DNA of 64,000 bases, from contig NC_092678.1 in NCBI RefSeq assembly GCF_964355755.1, positions 22,895,365 to 22,959,364 of the forward strand, given 5' to 3'. Shown here piece by piece: positions 1 through 13,600 of the stretch. The translations under genes were made by a program, and so were the position numbers. This DNA comes from Antedon mediterranea (taxonomy: Eukaryota; Animalia; Echinodermata). Every line of letters begins with the position of its first letter. Positions within the stretch are counted from its first letter, which is position 1. The notes under the pieces are model-generated. The model saw only the letters and a list, made by a program, of their open reading frames with translations, ran no database searches and had not been told where the DNA came from.

Positions 1-490
1 AAATAAAATTTGGTACTCATAAATTTCAGGGCATAAATCATCATATGGCAATACAATTACGTGCGTAGCGCATGTAACGCATGCGTACGCGCGCTTAAAA
101 TTTTCAAAATTTATTTTCGATGAAATAAGAGTACGTTTCAGGCAATTTTAAGCGTTTACAAAATTGCCATGAGTGCGCAGATTTTTGCGCGCGCACTGCG
201 CGTTAAATGTTATTGCGCACTCTTTTTACCCGATTTCTGTTTTCTTGACTTACTTTTCAACTCGAAATTACGTTATACGAGCACGTCAAAAGTGACAGGC
301 TACGCACGTGTAAATTAAAAAAATATAAATGTTTTTAAACATTTCAACATTTTTAAACATGTTCAGTAATTTCGGTCAGTATAGTTCACTATGTCGGTCG
401 GTCCGTCTGTCTGTCTGTCGGTCTGTTTGTCTGTCGGTCCGGTATCACTATGCATTGTAGCACGCGACTTAATGGCTGTTGGCCTTGTTA
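1..490 (+). mobile_element. 3' part of a non-autonomous Helentron/DINE-1-like (HINE) element
   Basis: Matches 31195-31670 and the reverse complement of 7196-7375. It carries a (GTCY)n microsatellite at ~393-440, a subterminal GCACGCGACT motif and a short 3' hairpin (ggctgttggcc) before a T-rich flank. Confidence 0.7.
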
Positions 491-3400
491 TTTTTTTGTT
501 TTCCGTATGCAATTGAAAATTCTTTTATTTTTGTTTTTACAAGCTCCCATAACAAACTTGCACTTACAGGTTCTCTATTATTTTTTAGTATTGAAACATC
601 AATTATTACATATAATGTATAGATATAAAGACCATTGACAAATAAACAAAATTGTACAATAAATCGAGTCAAATGTAATTTAATCAAGTTCTATTATACC
701 CCCAAAAAAAAAAGAAAATACACACTCATAAAAGTAATTTATAATTTAAAACGATTAATAAAAACCAATAAAATGTATCCTCGGTTTATATAATCGATAT
801 TATAAATTAAAATATAAAATATTGAGGCCCGATAATGATCGACGATAAATAGATAAATATAGATTTTTCTTACATAAAACAAAATAGATTCAAAAGTTAT
901 CCTATACTTCTAGGATAAATAATAGGCCAAAAATGTTTATACATAGCCTGTATTTAAAATAGATACAACACCACAAACATTAGTAATTAGTAATTAGAGC
1001 AACAGTAAGATTGTCCTGATACTTTACTTTTAAAAAATACTACAAATAATAGATAAGATCATTGAATTATCATCGATATTCAGAAGGTAGTATTTAAACT
1101 GGGTAGGCGACATTTTGATTCAATATGCGAAACGCAAATACCGTAATATGTTATTTAAATAAATTTAGCTTAATTAATTATGACTGAAGGTAAATAACAA
1201 TAACAAGACCTACCCATAAGAAAATATAAATAGTTAAAATTAATAATAGAAAAAGTGAAATGTATCCTCGTAAGAATAGAAGAAAATTAGAAGATGTAGC
1301 TATAATTATTAAACATATTAAAACTTTATATAAAATATTTAAAAGACGAAATAAATGCGCTTTAAATATAGGTATACTAGTTTCTATATACCAACTGTTC
1401 AAATCTTCAGTTGCTAAAGTTTTGTCATTCCTTGGTATTACTAAAATTGGGCGATTCTCTTTAATTTCTAAAGTTGTGTAATTCCCTTCAATTGCTAAAA
1501 CAAATGTTCGGATTAATGATGTTCTGTAAATCTTCGTAAGGTCATTTCCATTGATAGATATCAGGTCACTTTTGATTATTATATTATTTTTATACCATTC
1601 ACTCAGCATGTCATTAACAATAATACCTGTTAATTTACAATTATTCATAGAAAGACGTCTTAATTTTGGAAATATAATCAATATATTAGCTAGTGTACTT
1701 CCTTTGATTGATGATAGGTCAATGCCATAAAAAAAAGACTATTCCATCTAAATCTATAACGACTAGGTGATATTAAAAAATCGTGTAATTGTTCAGCTGA
1801 CATACTATAACTACCCCAAGTGTGGCTTTGAGGGCCCAGCTGTGTTTCTAATAAATCAATAATGTTTCCAAGTAATTCGGTATCAATATCTGAGAGATCA
1901 TTTCCATGTAACTTGATAACATTTTCTTTTGACTTTAGATAGTTTATATCTACTTCATTCAACATGTCAACTATTTGTTTGCTTGATAATCGAGAATACG
2001 CCACATCGAAATCTTCTAAATCTTTAGAAGTGTTTAATATACGACCTAATAAAGATCCATTTATAGACGCTGGTGAGTAGATCCTGAGCTTAAAAGTCTT
2101 CAATTTAACCAAAGCTTTACTATGTTCACATTCTTCTAATATTGTGTTAATATGTGAACCACCTATATTATGACGTTCTTCATTAACAGATTTTGTAGAT
2201 TAGAGAAGTTTTGAAGTAGTTTGCAAATCTGTGAGTCAATAGTAGTGTTATATTTGAATTCATCAATGGACCACTGAAAGGAAGCTACTTCCTCATCAAA
2301 ACGGTATTTTTTCCATTCGTCTGAGAGGATTTTAAGAACTTTATCACCCCATTTATGAAGTAATGATATCATATACCTACTGTTTCGTACTTGACGCTTT
2401 GACAGATATCGTAATAAGATTTCAACGTGTGCTACTAACCTACATACATTACCAGATGACTCAATGTTTGATTCTTCTATGATTGATATTATAGTTTTAG
2501 ATATTACTATTTCCCCCTTGTTTGTAAAATCATCTGCAAACATTTTCATTTGTTGGAATAAATGCAAATCTTTTTAATATAGCATCTTTAAAGAATTTTC
2601 TAAATTGTCAACATGTATTTTCATTTCAGATGACATGTGTTTATCCAATGATTTCACTACATTGTGTTCGTGCTCTTGATTTACATATTTAAAATATTCT
2701 AAAAAAGAGTAATAATTTGAGAGCCTATTCACCAACCAGTGTTTCATTAATTTGTCTGCATTAGGACCTAGAAAACTAATAGTGAAAACTCTTGTCATAT
2801 GTAAATACTCGCTCGTCCTTAAGTTCTCGTATTCCTGAGATGTTAAAGTGTCAATTTTTTCCGACAAGTAAAACCCGGCTAGCGCTTCTGACAATAACTT
2901 ATGTGGACATCTGTAAGTCTCGACAAAATCATCCTGAACAGTAGGGTCATCTTTGTAAACAAATCCTAATTTCAACGATAAGTCAACTAAAGTTTCATTT
3001 TTTACTTGGTCATTTAACTTCTTTTTAGTAAAATGAAGTAAATTATTCTGTAAACCAATGTAACTAATTTTCCCTAATTTTACAATTGCATTTTTATAGT
3101 CAGTTGAAATGTTGTCAATGTTTGATATCCGTTTTTGCTCATTACTTCTGTTAATGTACTGATTTAAAATGGAACGGAAGATTTCTTTAAAAAAATGTTG
3201 AAAATCTTTAGGAATTATTTGTTCGTGTTGCCATATAACACACATTTTAAGTAATAGAAACGGAGATATAAAGAGTTCAAATACTTTTTTGTGATCACCA
3301 CCCCAATTATTTTTCACTGAATCAAGTTTAAATTCGTTAATCAATAACTGGCCCAGATTATGGTTGTTTACGAAATTGAAATATCTATTTATATATGGTT

Positions 3401-4216
3401 TTATGTTTTCTGTACAGAATCCGTCTACTTTCACATATACATCAAAATGTTTATATAAGCTTTCAGTAAAACCCGGCCGTGAAGTCAGAATAACTGTGAT
3501 GTCTTCCAATTCTTCTTTTTTAAATATCAGTGGAATGTCTACCCCAGATGCTAACTCATCTAATCCATCTATTAGAAGAACTAAATCTTTGTCGTATGTC
3601 TCTATAAAAGTTCTTATAATAGTTGCATTTACATAGATACCTGTTTTTTCTGAAAGTTCTTTAACTTAACTGAATCAACGATAATATCTATGATTGTTCG
3701 ACCTTTCTTGATGTCTCTTACGTTTACAATAAATAATATTTTACCAATAAACGTATCATCAGAATCGGTCGCCCAGTTATAAGATATATATTGAAGTAAA
3801 GTTGTCTTACCAATTCCCCCATTTCCTGTCATTAATACCTTACACGATTCTCTGGACTTTATAATACCTAATAAGTGTTGTAAATACGTGGGCTTTGTTA
3901 GTCCCGCTCGTGTAATAATATATAGTTTTGGATCGGTAAACATCTTTGAAATATCATACCATGTATTTTCTCTCCATGTAGGTGGTCTTATATATGGGCT
4001 TTTGAATGTTTTACTCTGTTCTGCTGTTATAAAGTTTCGAATACGCTCATCTGAAATGAAGGCATTTAGTAATTCAATTCAACTTATGAAAAGTTTAAAT
4101 AAAATAGACAAACAGAAGACGATTTTTCCGAAATTTGAAACTGGCAAACAGTAAATCTTCAATAAACCTAGTAAATACAATTTCAAAAAAATGTCTGTAT
4201 TAATAAATTGTATTAC

Positions 4217-4288
4217 CTTTTGTTAATGTGGGGTGTGAAAGTTTGTATGCGACTACAGCTACGACAATGAAGGCAATGACCATCAGTA
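4217..4288 (-). CDS. 72-nt phase 1-1 exon encoding a hydrophobic helix (xLMVIAFIVVAVVAYKLSHPTLTK), gene 1
   Basis: ttacAG acceptor and GTaata donor. It splices in frame to the NACHT exon at 4050 (D-ERIRNF) and has positional equivalents in genes 2 and 3. Confidence 0.75.
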
Positions 4289-4793
4289 CTGTAACAAAAA
4301 AATGTTGACGGTCTTATATTTATTTACTTTATTTATAGGCCTAAAGTTACAAGTACAGAGGTACACATGAATTGTAAACTAAAAATACACCTTCGAATAT
4401 TTCTTATCTTACCTGTTGACATTTTCCATTCATTATGAAAAAAAATTTGGGAGGTTGTAAATTTTCTGTTACCCAGATTTGGCACTGTATGGTGAAATAA
4501 AATTAGTGTAAGTGTAATCAATTTTAAAAAGCACTAATAACGGAACTTTAAGTTACCCAAAACCAATCATTATTGTACTATTTAAATTACTGTATTTGTT
4601 ATAATATAATAAATAGGGAACTTTTGCATTATATTACATCCATCGGGACGGTAATTAACAAAGCGTGACGGTTATTTCGAGAAAAACCGACGGCAACCAT
4701 CCCCCTCCCCTTTCTCCTCATCGCGGGCTTGGTGGGTGTGTTTGAAAAGATTCTTGAAATTTTAGTTAAAATAATACTGTGTACTTTGGCTAA

Positions 4794-5048
4794 AGATGTA
4801 TTGTCCTCCAAAATCATGAAAAATATAGATTTACAAAATCAGACTTTGAATAGGTAATTTTGCAGTTTTAATTAAGGCAAAATAAACAGTCAATTTTAAC
4901 CAAAAAAACCCATTGTTTGACATACTATCTTTTGCTGTAATTTACATTTTCCAGGGAAATAATTTTTAGTCAAAGTGAATAACTATTATGTAACATTAAA
5001 ATGGCATATTCAATTTAAAAAAATATTTTTTCAGGGGTCAATATATAT
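4794..5048. mobile_element. Kolobok-like MITE, degraded copy
   Basis: Starts agatgtattgtcc and ends ggggtcaatatatat-TTAA. Same family as 61061-61372. Confidence 0.6.
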
Positions 5049-5605
5049 TTAATAATACCTACATAATATATAAATCCTCAATTTGTTTATGTTTTAATGA
5101 TTTATACTACAAAAAACGCATTTTAAGGGTATAGTATTGCAACCATGCCCATTGCAACCTAACCCTCTCTGCATTTGTCACTGGCTAGTCTGATACATAC
5201 CTGTGGGAACTTCCATTGTTGTAGCTGATAAATGTAGGCTTATAGGGTTTTGCTGTAAGTTAGATTCATATGCACAAATGAAATGAAGATATAAGTTTAA
5301 ATTTCACCAAAATGTTACTAAAACTGAAATATACAGTATTTCCAGAAACTACAAAGTCCCCATGAAAATCCTAAATAATTTAGTTTGAATTAATATCTTT
5401 GTAATTTTTAATTTATTATTTTTAAATAAATGGCATGGCCTTTGATATAGTTTAGTTGTTTAGAGGAAGTACTCTCAAGCCATCATTTTTCATGATGTAA
5501 TACACGGTAAATCCGTGATTAATAATCAATGTTGTATTATTTTCTCAAACAATTTTAATGAGCAAATACAAAAAAAAGCTCTCTATCGAGATGTGGTAGA
5601 CATAC

Positions 5606-6113
5606 CTAGTAAAATATGTTGTGCCACATTGTTCAGAAGTTTTGCAAACACTTCAATCTTCTGTTGTGAATCCAGTCCTCCGGCTTTCTCAATGTGATAT
5701 ACAACATCCCATATGTTGTCATAGTTGAAGGCACGCAGTTTGTAAAAACCAGTCACTATTTTCAAGTCACCTTTTCCAACGTTTTTAAGCGCTCTAAACA
5801 GTGCTCTACGATATTCTGTTAGTAGGCTTACTGTCTCTGTGCATTGAATACTGTTCTTGTATTCTGTTATATAATCTCTTGCTGAGGCCAGATCAGTTAC
5901 TTCAGCTATGTCGGACAACAGTTCCACATTATTTTTAGAAATAATTCCATGACTAGTAAGTTTGTTAAACAGGTCTAAGGCTAAGTGTGATTGATCTAGA
6001 TCTCCAATAGATAGAATACCATATAGAAGCATTCTTAACTCTCGGACTGTCTTACCAGCATAGTGTTGGCTAAGGTTTTCCAAAAAGATTTGGAATTTTA
6101 AATTTTCATCCAT
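5606..6113 (-). CDS. Tandem death-effector-domain exon of NLR gene 1
   Basis: Two DED-like helical units (LFNKLTSHGIISKNNVELLSDI; LTEYRRALFRAL...WDVVYHIEK). Acceptor at 6121-6122 and phase-1 GT donor at 5604-5605. Close paralog at 40075-40576. Confidence 0.75.
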
Positions 6114-6423
6114 TTTTAATCTGTAAATAACAAAATTGAGAACTAATTTTTATCAAGGACATAACTAAATGCCAACTTTATATTAGTTAATCTAATATTG
6201 AATTAAATTAATAATATGATAACGAACATTCTAAGCCTGCATTTTCATAAAAGTACAAAAGAGGCCTACATTTCTAACTATAGGCCTACATATGATTATT
6301 AAACTACATTTCATATTGAATTTTGCACAAATTATTATTATATGTTAGGCCTAATCAGTCTAATATAAAGTTAATTAATTACATATAATTACATTATAAA
6401 AGCTTATACAAATTAATGCTCAC

Positions 6424-6535
6424 GATATGTTTTTTCTCGTCTGTTTCCTAAAAGGAGATTCGTTAAAGGCAATCCGCCTCGTAATTATGATGGCGTACTA
6501 TCTACTCAGCAGCATTGTCGAGAGTCGAAAATATA
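6424..6535 (-). other. Putative non-coding first exon of gene 1
   Basis: Similar to 41192-41330 and 52481-52610. Each copy ends in a GT donor and lies upstream of a DED exon. Confidence 0.5.
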
Positions 6536-6654
6536 ACAAAACTAGAGGGTACTCCGAGAGTCAAACCTCCGCCTACTGTAAAATTCCCCTACATAAAATG
6601 CCCCCTGAATATTTTTGTAAATATGTTAACTGCACACTACAAAGTTGTGGATGA

Positions 6655-6725
6655 CAGTGTGGTGTAATGGTTATGTATCCAGCCTCTCACAGTTGAGATC
6701 GCTGGTTCGAGTCCCACTGAGGTGT
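6655..6725 (+). mobile_element. tRNA-derived (tRNA-Glu-like) SINE head or tRNA pseudogene inside a repeat fragment
   Basis: A box TGGTGTAATGG, B box GGTTCGAGTCC and anticodon-like CTCTCAC. The stems are poorly paired, so it is not a functional tRNA. Confidence 0.5.
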
Positions 6726-7195
6726 TTTTTTTTATTTATTTTTTTTTTTAGTTTTTTGTGGACCTTGATCTTTGACCCTGACCCTTCAAAATTTAACCAC
6801 AATTATATGATTATGATGATCATTGTGGCTAAGTTTGGTGAGAATCGGATAAAAACTGTGGTCTCTAGGCAGTAAAATAGTTTTTTGTTAGTTGTGACCT
6901 TGACCTATCACACATCAAAATGAAAGTCACATTGTAAAACGGCTGGTGGATTTCAGCAATATCAATAGCAAATTTCACATTTTATATAGGCTTAACACGT
7001 TGTTATTGTCCTATGGCTTGAACTGTACTTGTTGATTTCCCGGTTTTTAATGAACCATGACTTATTCATTGTGCTTTGTGTTTAGTAACAAACAGACGCG
7101 TTTCACGAATATTTCCTTTACAACTGAGTCATGATATCGTAGAGTTAATAACGTTAGGTGAACTAAGTAAATTGAATGGATTGTTATCAAAAATA

Positions 7196-7667
7196 TGCGC
7201 ACTCATGGCAATTTTGTAAACGCTTAAAATTGCCTGAAATGTACTCTTATTTCATCGAAAATAAATTTTGAAAATTTTAAGCGCGCGTACGCATGCGTTA
7301 CATGCGCTACGCACGTAATTGTATTGCCATATGATGATTTATGCCCTGAAATTTATGAGTACCAAATTTTATTTAATTGTGATTCATGGTTGTGAAGATA
7401 TGATTACAAACGTGATTTCGTTAAATCGTGCGTAGACCGCGTAATTTTTTATTGCGCACCGTGAAAACATAACCACATTGATTCCTGGCCATAAGGAATA
7501 TACTGTGAAAAATTGACCTAGCTAGATTAAACTGATATCAAGATAAGGTCAGAAAGCGATAAAACGCATAGTGATACCGGACCGACAGACAGACAGACAG
7601 ACCGACAGACAGACCGACCAACCGACCGACATAGTGAACTATAGAGTCGCTTCCACGCGACTAAAAA
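7196..7667 (-). mobile_element. 5' part of a Helentron/DINE-1-like (HINE) element
   Basis: The reverse complement begins TTTTTAGTCGCGTGGAAGCGACTCTATAG, followed by a (GTCY)n microsatellite. It matches 30912-31380 and directly abuts the satellite. Confidence 0.75.
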
Positions 7668-10600
7668 TCGTAATTGAGTTACACTCAAATTTAAAAGATG
7701 AGGGCTGAGTAAACGGGACCAGTGGTCCCACTCTAACTTATACTGGACAACTAAGGAGGTACCCTAGTATAATCCCACCAAGTGACTCCCAGGAACAATC
7801 CGCCATTTTCTCACAAATACAGTATCAAATTTCACTATACTTTTCAAATCGTAAATGAGTTACACTCAAATTTTAAAGATGAGGGCTGAGTAAACGGTAC
7901 CAGTGGTCCCACTCTAATTTATTCTGCACGACTAAGGAGGTGCCTTAGTATAATCCCACCAAGTGACTCCCAGGAACAATCCGCCATTTTCTCACAAATA
8001 CAGTTTCAAATTTAACTATATTTTAAAAATTGTAATTGAGTTACACTCAAATTTTAAAGATGAGGGCTGAGTAAACGGGACCAGTGGTCCCACTCTAACT
8101 TATACTGGATGACTAAAGAGGTACCCTAGTATAATCCCACTAAATGACTCCCAGGAACAATCCGCCATTTTCTCACAAATACAGTATCAAATTTCACTAT
8201 ATTTTAAAATATTGTTCGTAATTGAGTTACACTCAAATTTTAAAGATAAGGGCTGAGTAAACGGGACCAGTGGTCCTACTCTAACTTAAACTGGACAACT
8301 AAGGAGGTACCCTAGTATAATCCTACCAAGTGAATCCCAGGAACAATCCGCCATTTTCTCACAAATACAGTATCAAATTTCACTATATTTTAAAAATCGT
8401 AAATGAGTTACACTCAAATTTAAAAGATGAGGGCTGAGTAAACGGGACCAGTGGTCCCACTCTAACTTATACTGGACGACTAAGGGGGTACCCTAGTATA
8501 ATCCCACCAAGTGACTCTCAGGAACAATCCGCCGTTTTCTCACAAATACAGTATCAAATTTCACTATATTTTAAAAATCGTAAATGAGTTAAACTCAAAT
8601 TTTAAAGATGAGGGCTGAGTAAACGGGACTAGTGGTCCCACTCTAACTTATACTGGACAACTAAGGAGGTACCCTAGTATAATCCCAACAAGTGACTCCC
8701 AGGAACAATCCGCCATTTTCTCACAAATACAGTATCAAATTTCACTATACTTTTTAAATCGTAAATGAGTTACACTCAAGTTTTAAAGATGAGGGCTGAG
8801 TAAACAGTACCAGTGGTCCCACTCTAATTTATTCTGGACGACTAAGGAGGTGCCTTAGTATAATCCCACCAAGTGACTCACAGGAACAATCCGCCATTTT
8901 CTCACAAATACAGTTTCAAATTTAACTATATTTTAAAAATTGTAATTGAGTTACACTCAAATTTTAAAGATGAGGGCTGAATAAACGGGACCAGTGGTCC
9001 CACTCTAACTTATACAGGATGACTAAAGAGGTACCCTAGTATAATCCCACCAAGTGACTCTCAGGAACAATCCGCCGTTTTTTCACAAATACAGTATCAA
9101 ATTTCACTATATTTTAAAAATCGTAAATGAGTTACACTCAAATTTAAAAGATGAGGGCTGAGTAAACGGGACCAGTGGTCGCACTCTAACTTATACTGGA
9201 CGACTAAGGAGGTACCCTAGTACAATCCCACCAAGTGACTCTCAGGAACAATCCGCCGTTTTCTCACAAATACAGTTTCAAATTTTACTATATTTTAAAA
9301 ATCGTAAATGAGTTACACTCAAATTTTAAAAATGAGGGCTGAGTAAACGGGACCAGTGGTCCCACTCTAACTTATATTGGACGACTAAGTGGGTACCCAA
9401 GTATAATCCCACCAAGTGACTCCCAGGAACAATCCGCCATTTTCTCACAAATACAGTATCAAATTTCACTATATTTTTAAAATCGTAAATGAGTTACACT
9501 CAAATTTTAAAGAGGATGGCTGAGTAAACCGGACCAGTGGTCCCACTCTAACTTATACTGGACGACTAAGGGGGTACCCTAGTATAATCCCACCAAGTGA
9601 CTCACAGGAACAATCCGCCATTTTCTCACAAATACAGTATCAAATTTCACTATATTTTAAAAATCGTAAATGAGTTACACTCAAATTTTAAAGATGAGGG
9701 CTGAGTAAACCGGACGAGTGGTCCCACTCTAACTTATACTGGACGACTAAGGGGGTACCCTAGTATAATCCCACCAAGTGACTCCCAGGAATAATCCGCC
9801 ATTTTCTCACAAATACAGTATCAAATTTCACTATATTTTAAAATATTAATCGTAATTGAGTTACACTCAAACGTTAAAGATGAGGGCTGAGTAAACGGGA
9901 CCAGTGGTCACACTCTAACTTATACTGGACAACTAAGGAGGTACCCTAGTATAATTCCACCAAGTGAATCCCAGGAACAATCCGCCATTTTCTCACAAAT
10001 ACAGTATCAATTTTCACTATATTTTAAAAATTGTATCGTGTTTGAGTTACACTCAAATTTAAAAGATGAGGGCTGAGTAAACGGGACCAGTGGTCGCACT
10101 CTAAATTATACTGGACGACTAAGGAGGTACCCTAGTATAATCCCACCAAGTGACTCCCAGGAACAATCCGCCATTTTCTCACAAATACAGTATCAAATTT
10201 CACTATATTTTTTAAATCGTAAATGAGTTACACTCAAATTTTAAAGATGAGGGCTGAGTAAACGGTACCAGTGGTCCCACTCTAATTTATTTTGGACGAC
10301 TAAGGAGGTACCTTAGTATAATCCCACCAAGTGACTCCCAGGAACAATCCGCCATTTTCTCACAAATACAGTTTCAAATTTAACTATATTTTAAAAATCG
10401 TAATTGAGTTACACTCAAATTTTAAAGATGAGGGCTGAGTAAACGAGACCAGTGGTCCCACTCTAACTTATACAGGATGACTAAAGAGGTACCCTAGTAT
10501 AATCCCACCAAGTGACTCTCAGGAACAATCCGCCGTTTTCTCACAAATACAGTATCAAATTTCACTATATTTTAAAAATCGTAAATGAGTTAAACTCAAG

Positions 10601-13600
10601 TTTTAAAGATGAGGGCTGAGTAAACAGTACCAGTGGTCCCACTCTAATTTATTCTGGACGACTAAGGAGGTGCCTTAGTATAATCCCACCAAGTGACTCA
10701 CAGGAACAATCCGCCATTTTCTCACAAATACAGTATCAAATTTCACTATATTTTTTAAATCGTAAATGAGTTACACTCAAATTTTAAAGATGAGGGCTGA
10801 GTAAACGGTACCAGTGGTCCCACTCTAATTTATTTTGGACGACTAAGGAGGTACCTTAGTATAATCCCACCAAGTGACTCCCAGGAACAATCCGCCATTT
10901 TCTCACAAATACAGTTTCAAATTTAACTATATTTTAAAAATCGTAATTGAGTTACACTCAAATTTTAAAGATGAGGGCTGAGTCAACGAGACCAGTGGTC
11001 CCACTCTAACTTATACAGGATGACTAAAGAGGTACCCTAGTATAATCCCACCAAGTGACTCTAAGGAACAATCCGCCGTTTTCTCACAAATACAGTATCA
11101 AATTTCACTATATTTTAAAAATCGTAAATGAGTTAAACTCAAATTTTAAAGATGAGGGCTGAGTAAACGGGACCAGTGGTCCCACTCTAACTTATACTGG
11201 ACAACTAAGGAGGTACCCTAGTATAATCCCAACAAGTGACTCCCAGGAACAATCCGCCATTTTCTCACAAATACAGTATCAAATTTCACTATACTTTTTA
11301 AATCGTAAATGAGTTACACTCAAGTTTTAAAGATGAGGGCTGAGTAAACAGTACCAGTGGTCCCACTCTAATTTATTCTGGACGACTAAGGAGGTGCCTT
11401 AGTATAATCCCACCAAGTGACTCACAGGAACAATCCACCATTTTCTCACAAATACAGTTTCAAATTTAACTATATTTTAAAAATTGTAATTGAGTTACAC
11501 TCAAATTTTAAAGATGAGGGCTGAATAAACGGGACCAGTGGTCCCACTCTAACTTATACAGGATGACTAAAGAGGTACCCTAGTATAATCCCACCAAGTG
11601 ACTCTCAGGAACAATCCGCCGTTTTTTCACAAATACAGTATCAAATTTCACTATATTTTAAAAATCGTAAATGAGTTACACTCAAATTTAAAAGATGAGG
11701 GCTGAGTAAACGGGACCAGTGGTCGCACTCTAACTTATACTGGACGACTAAGGAGGTACCCTAGTACAATCCCACCAAGTGACTCTCAGGAACAATCCGC
11801 CGTTTTCTCACAAATACAGTTTCAAATTTCACTATATTTTAAAAATCGTAAATGAGTTACACTCAAATTTTAAAAATGAGGGCTGAGTAAACGGGACCAG
11901 TGGTCCCACTCTAACTTATATTGGACGACTAAGTGGGTACCCAAATATAATCCCACCAAGTGACTCCCAGGAACAATCCGCCATTTTCTCACAAATACAG
12001 TATCAAATTTCACTATATTTTTAAAATCGTAAATGAGTTACACTCAAATTTTAAAGATGATGGCTGAGTAAACCGGACCAGTGGTCCCACTCTAACTTAT
12101 ACTGGACGACTAAGGGGGTACCCTAGTATAATCCCACCAAGTGACTCACAGGAACAATCCGCCATTTTCTCACAAATACAGTATCAAATTTCACTATATT
12201 TTAAAAATCGTAAATGAGTTACACTCAAATTTTAAAGATGAGGGCTGAGTAAACCGGACGAGTGGTCCCACTCTAACTTATACTGGACGACTAAGGGGGT
12301 ACCCTAGTATAATCCCACCAAGTGACTCCCAGGAATAATCCGCCATTTTCTCACAAATACAGTATCAAATTTCACTATATTTTAAAATATTAATCGTAAT
12401 TGAGTTACACTCAAACGTTAAAGATGAGGGCTGAGTAAACGGGACCAGTGGTCACACTCTAACTTATACTGGACAACTAAGGAGGTACCCTAGTATAATT
12501 CCACCAAGTGAATCCCAGGAACAATCCGCCATTTACTCACAAATACAGTATCAATTTTCACTATATTTTAAAAATGTTATCGTGTTTGAGTTACACTCAA
12601 ATTTAAAAGATGAGGGCTGAGTAAACGGGACCAGTGTTCGCACTCTAAATTATACTGGACGACTAAGGAGGTACCCTAGTATAATCCCACCAAGTGACTC
12701 CCAGGAACAATCCGCCATTTTCTCACAAATACAGTATCAAATTTCACTATATTTTTTAAATCGTAAATGAGTTACACTCAAATTTTAAAGATGAGGGCTG
12801 AGTAAACGGTACCAGTGGTCCCACTCTAATTTATTTTGGACGACTAAGGAGGTACCTTAGTATAATCCCACCAAGTGACTCCCAGGAACAATCCGCCATT
12901 TTCTCACAAATACAGTTTCAAATTTAACTATATTTTAAAAATCGTAATTGAGTTACACTCAAATTTTAAAGATGAGGGCTGAGTAAACGAGACCAGTGGT
13001 CCCACTCTAACTTATACAGGATGACTAAAGAGGTACCCTAGTATAATCCCACCAAGTGACTCTCAGGAACAATCCGCCGTTTTCTCACAAATACAGTATC
13101 AAATTTCACTATATTTTAAAAATCGTAAATGAGTTACACTCAAATTTTAAAGATGAGGGCTGAGTAAACGGGACCAGTGGTGTCACTCTAACTTATACTG
13201 GACGACTAAGGGTGTACCCTAGTATAATCCCACCAAGTGACTCTCAGAAACAATCCGCCGTTTTCTCACAAATACAGTTTCAAATTTCACTATATTTTAA
13301 AAATCGTAAATGAGTTACACTCAAATTTTAAAGATGAGGGCTGAGTAAACGGGACCATTGGTCCCACTCTAACTTATACTGGACGACTAAGGGGGTACCC
13401 TAGTATAATCCCACCAAGTGACTCCCAGGAACAATCCGCCATTTTCTCACAAATACAGTATCAAATTTCACTATATTTTAAAATATTATTCGTAATTGAG
13501 TTACACTCAAATTTTAAAGATAAGGGCTGAGTAAACGGGACTAGTGGTCCCACTCTAACTTAAACTGGACAACTAAAGAGGTACCCTAGTATAATCCCAC

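Larger units (their letters stand above)
1178..6113 (-). pseudogene. NLR gene 1 pseudogene: tandem DED - TM - NACHT - LRR - C-terminal TM
   Basis: Exons: DED 6113-5606, linker 5252-5201 (52 nt, out of phase), TM 4288-4217, and NACHT-LRR 4050-1178. Motifs: Walker A GNGGIGKT, Walker B LVLLIDGLDE, ILTSRP and winged-helix PHKLLSEALAGFYL. Lesions: frameshift at the T6 run 3644-3649, in-frame TAA at 2574-2576, frameshift near 2170, and frameshift at the A8 run 1729-1736. Confidence 0.85.

Noticed and set aside
1178-3943. Five separate genes or a bacterial NACHT/Avs defence operon
   Set aside because: The ORFs are consecutive pieces of one frameshifted exon colinear with genes 2 and 3, and spliceosomal introns are evident.
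6655-6725. Functional tRNA-Glu gene
   Set aside because: The acceptor and anticodon stems do not pair properly and the sequence is embedded in a repeat.
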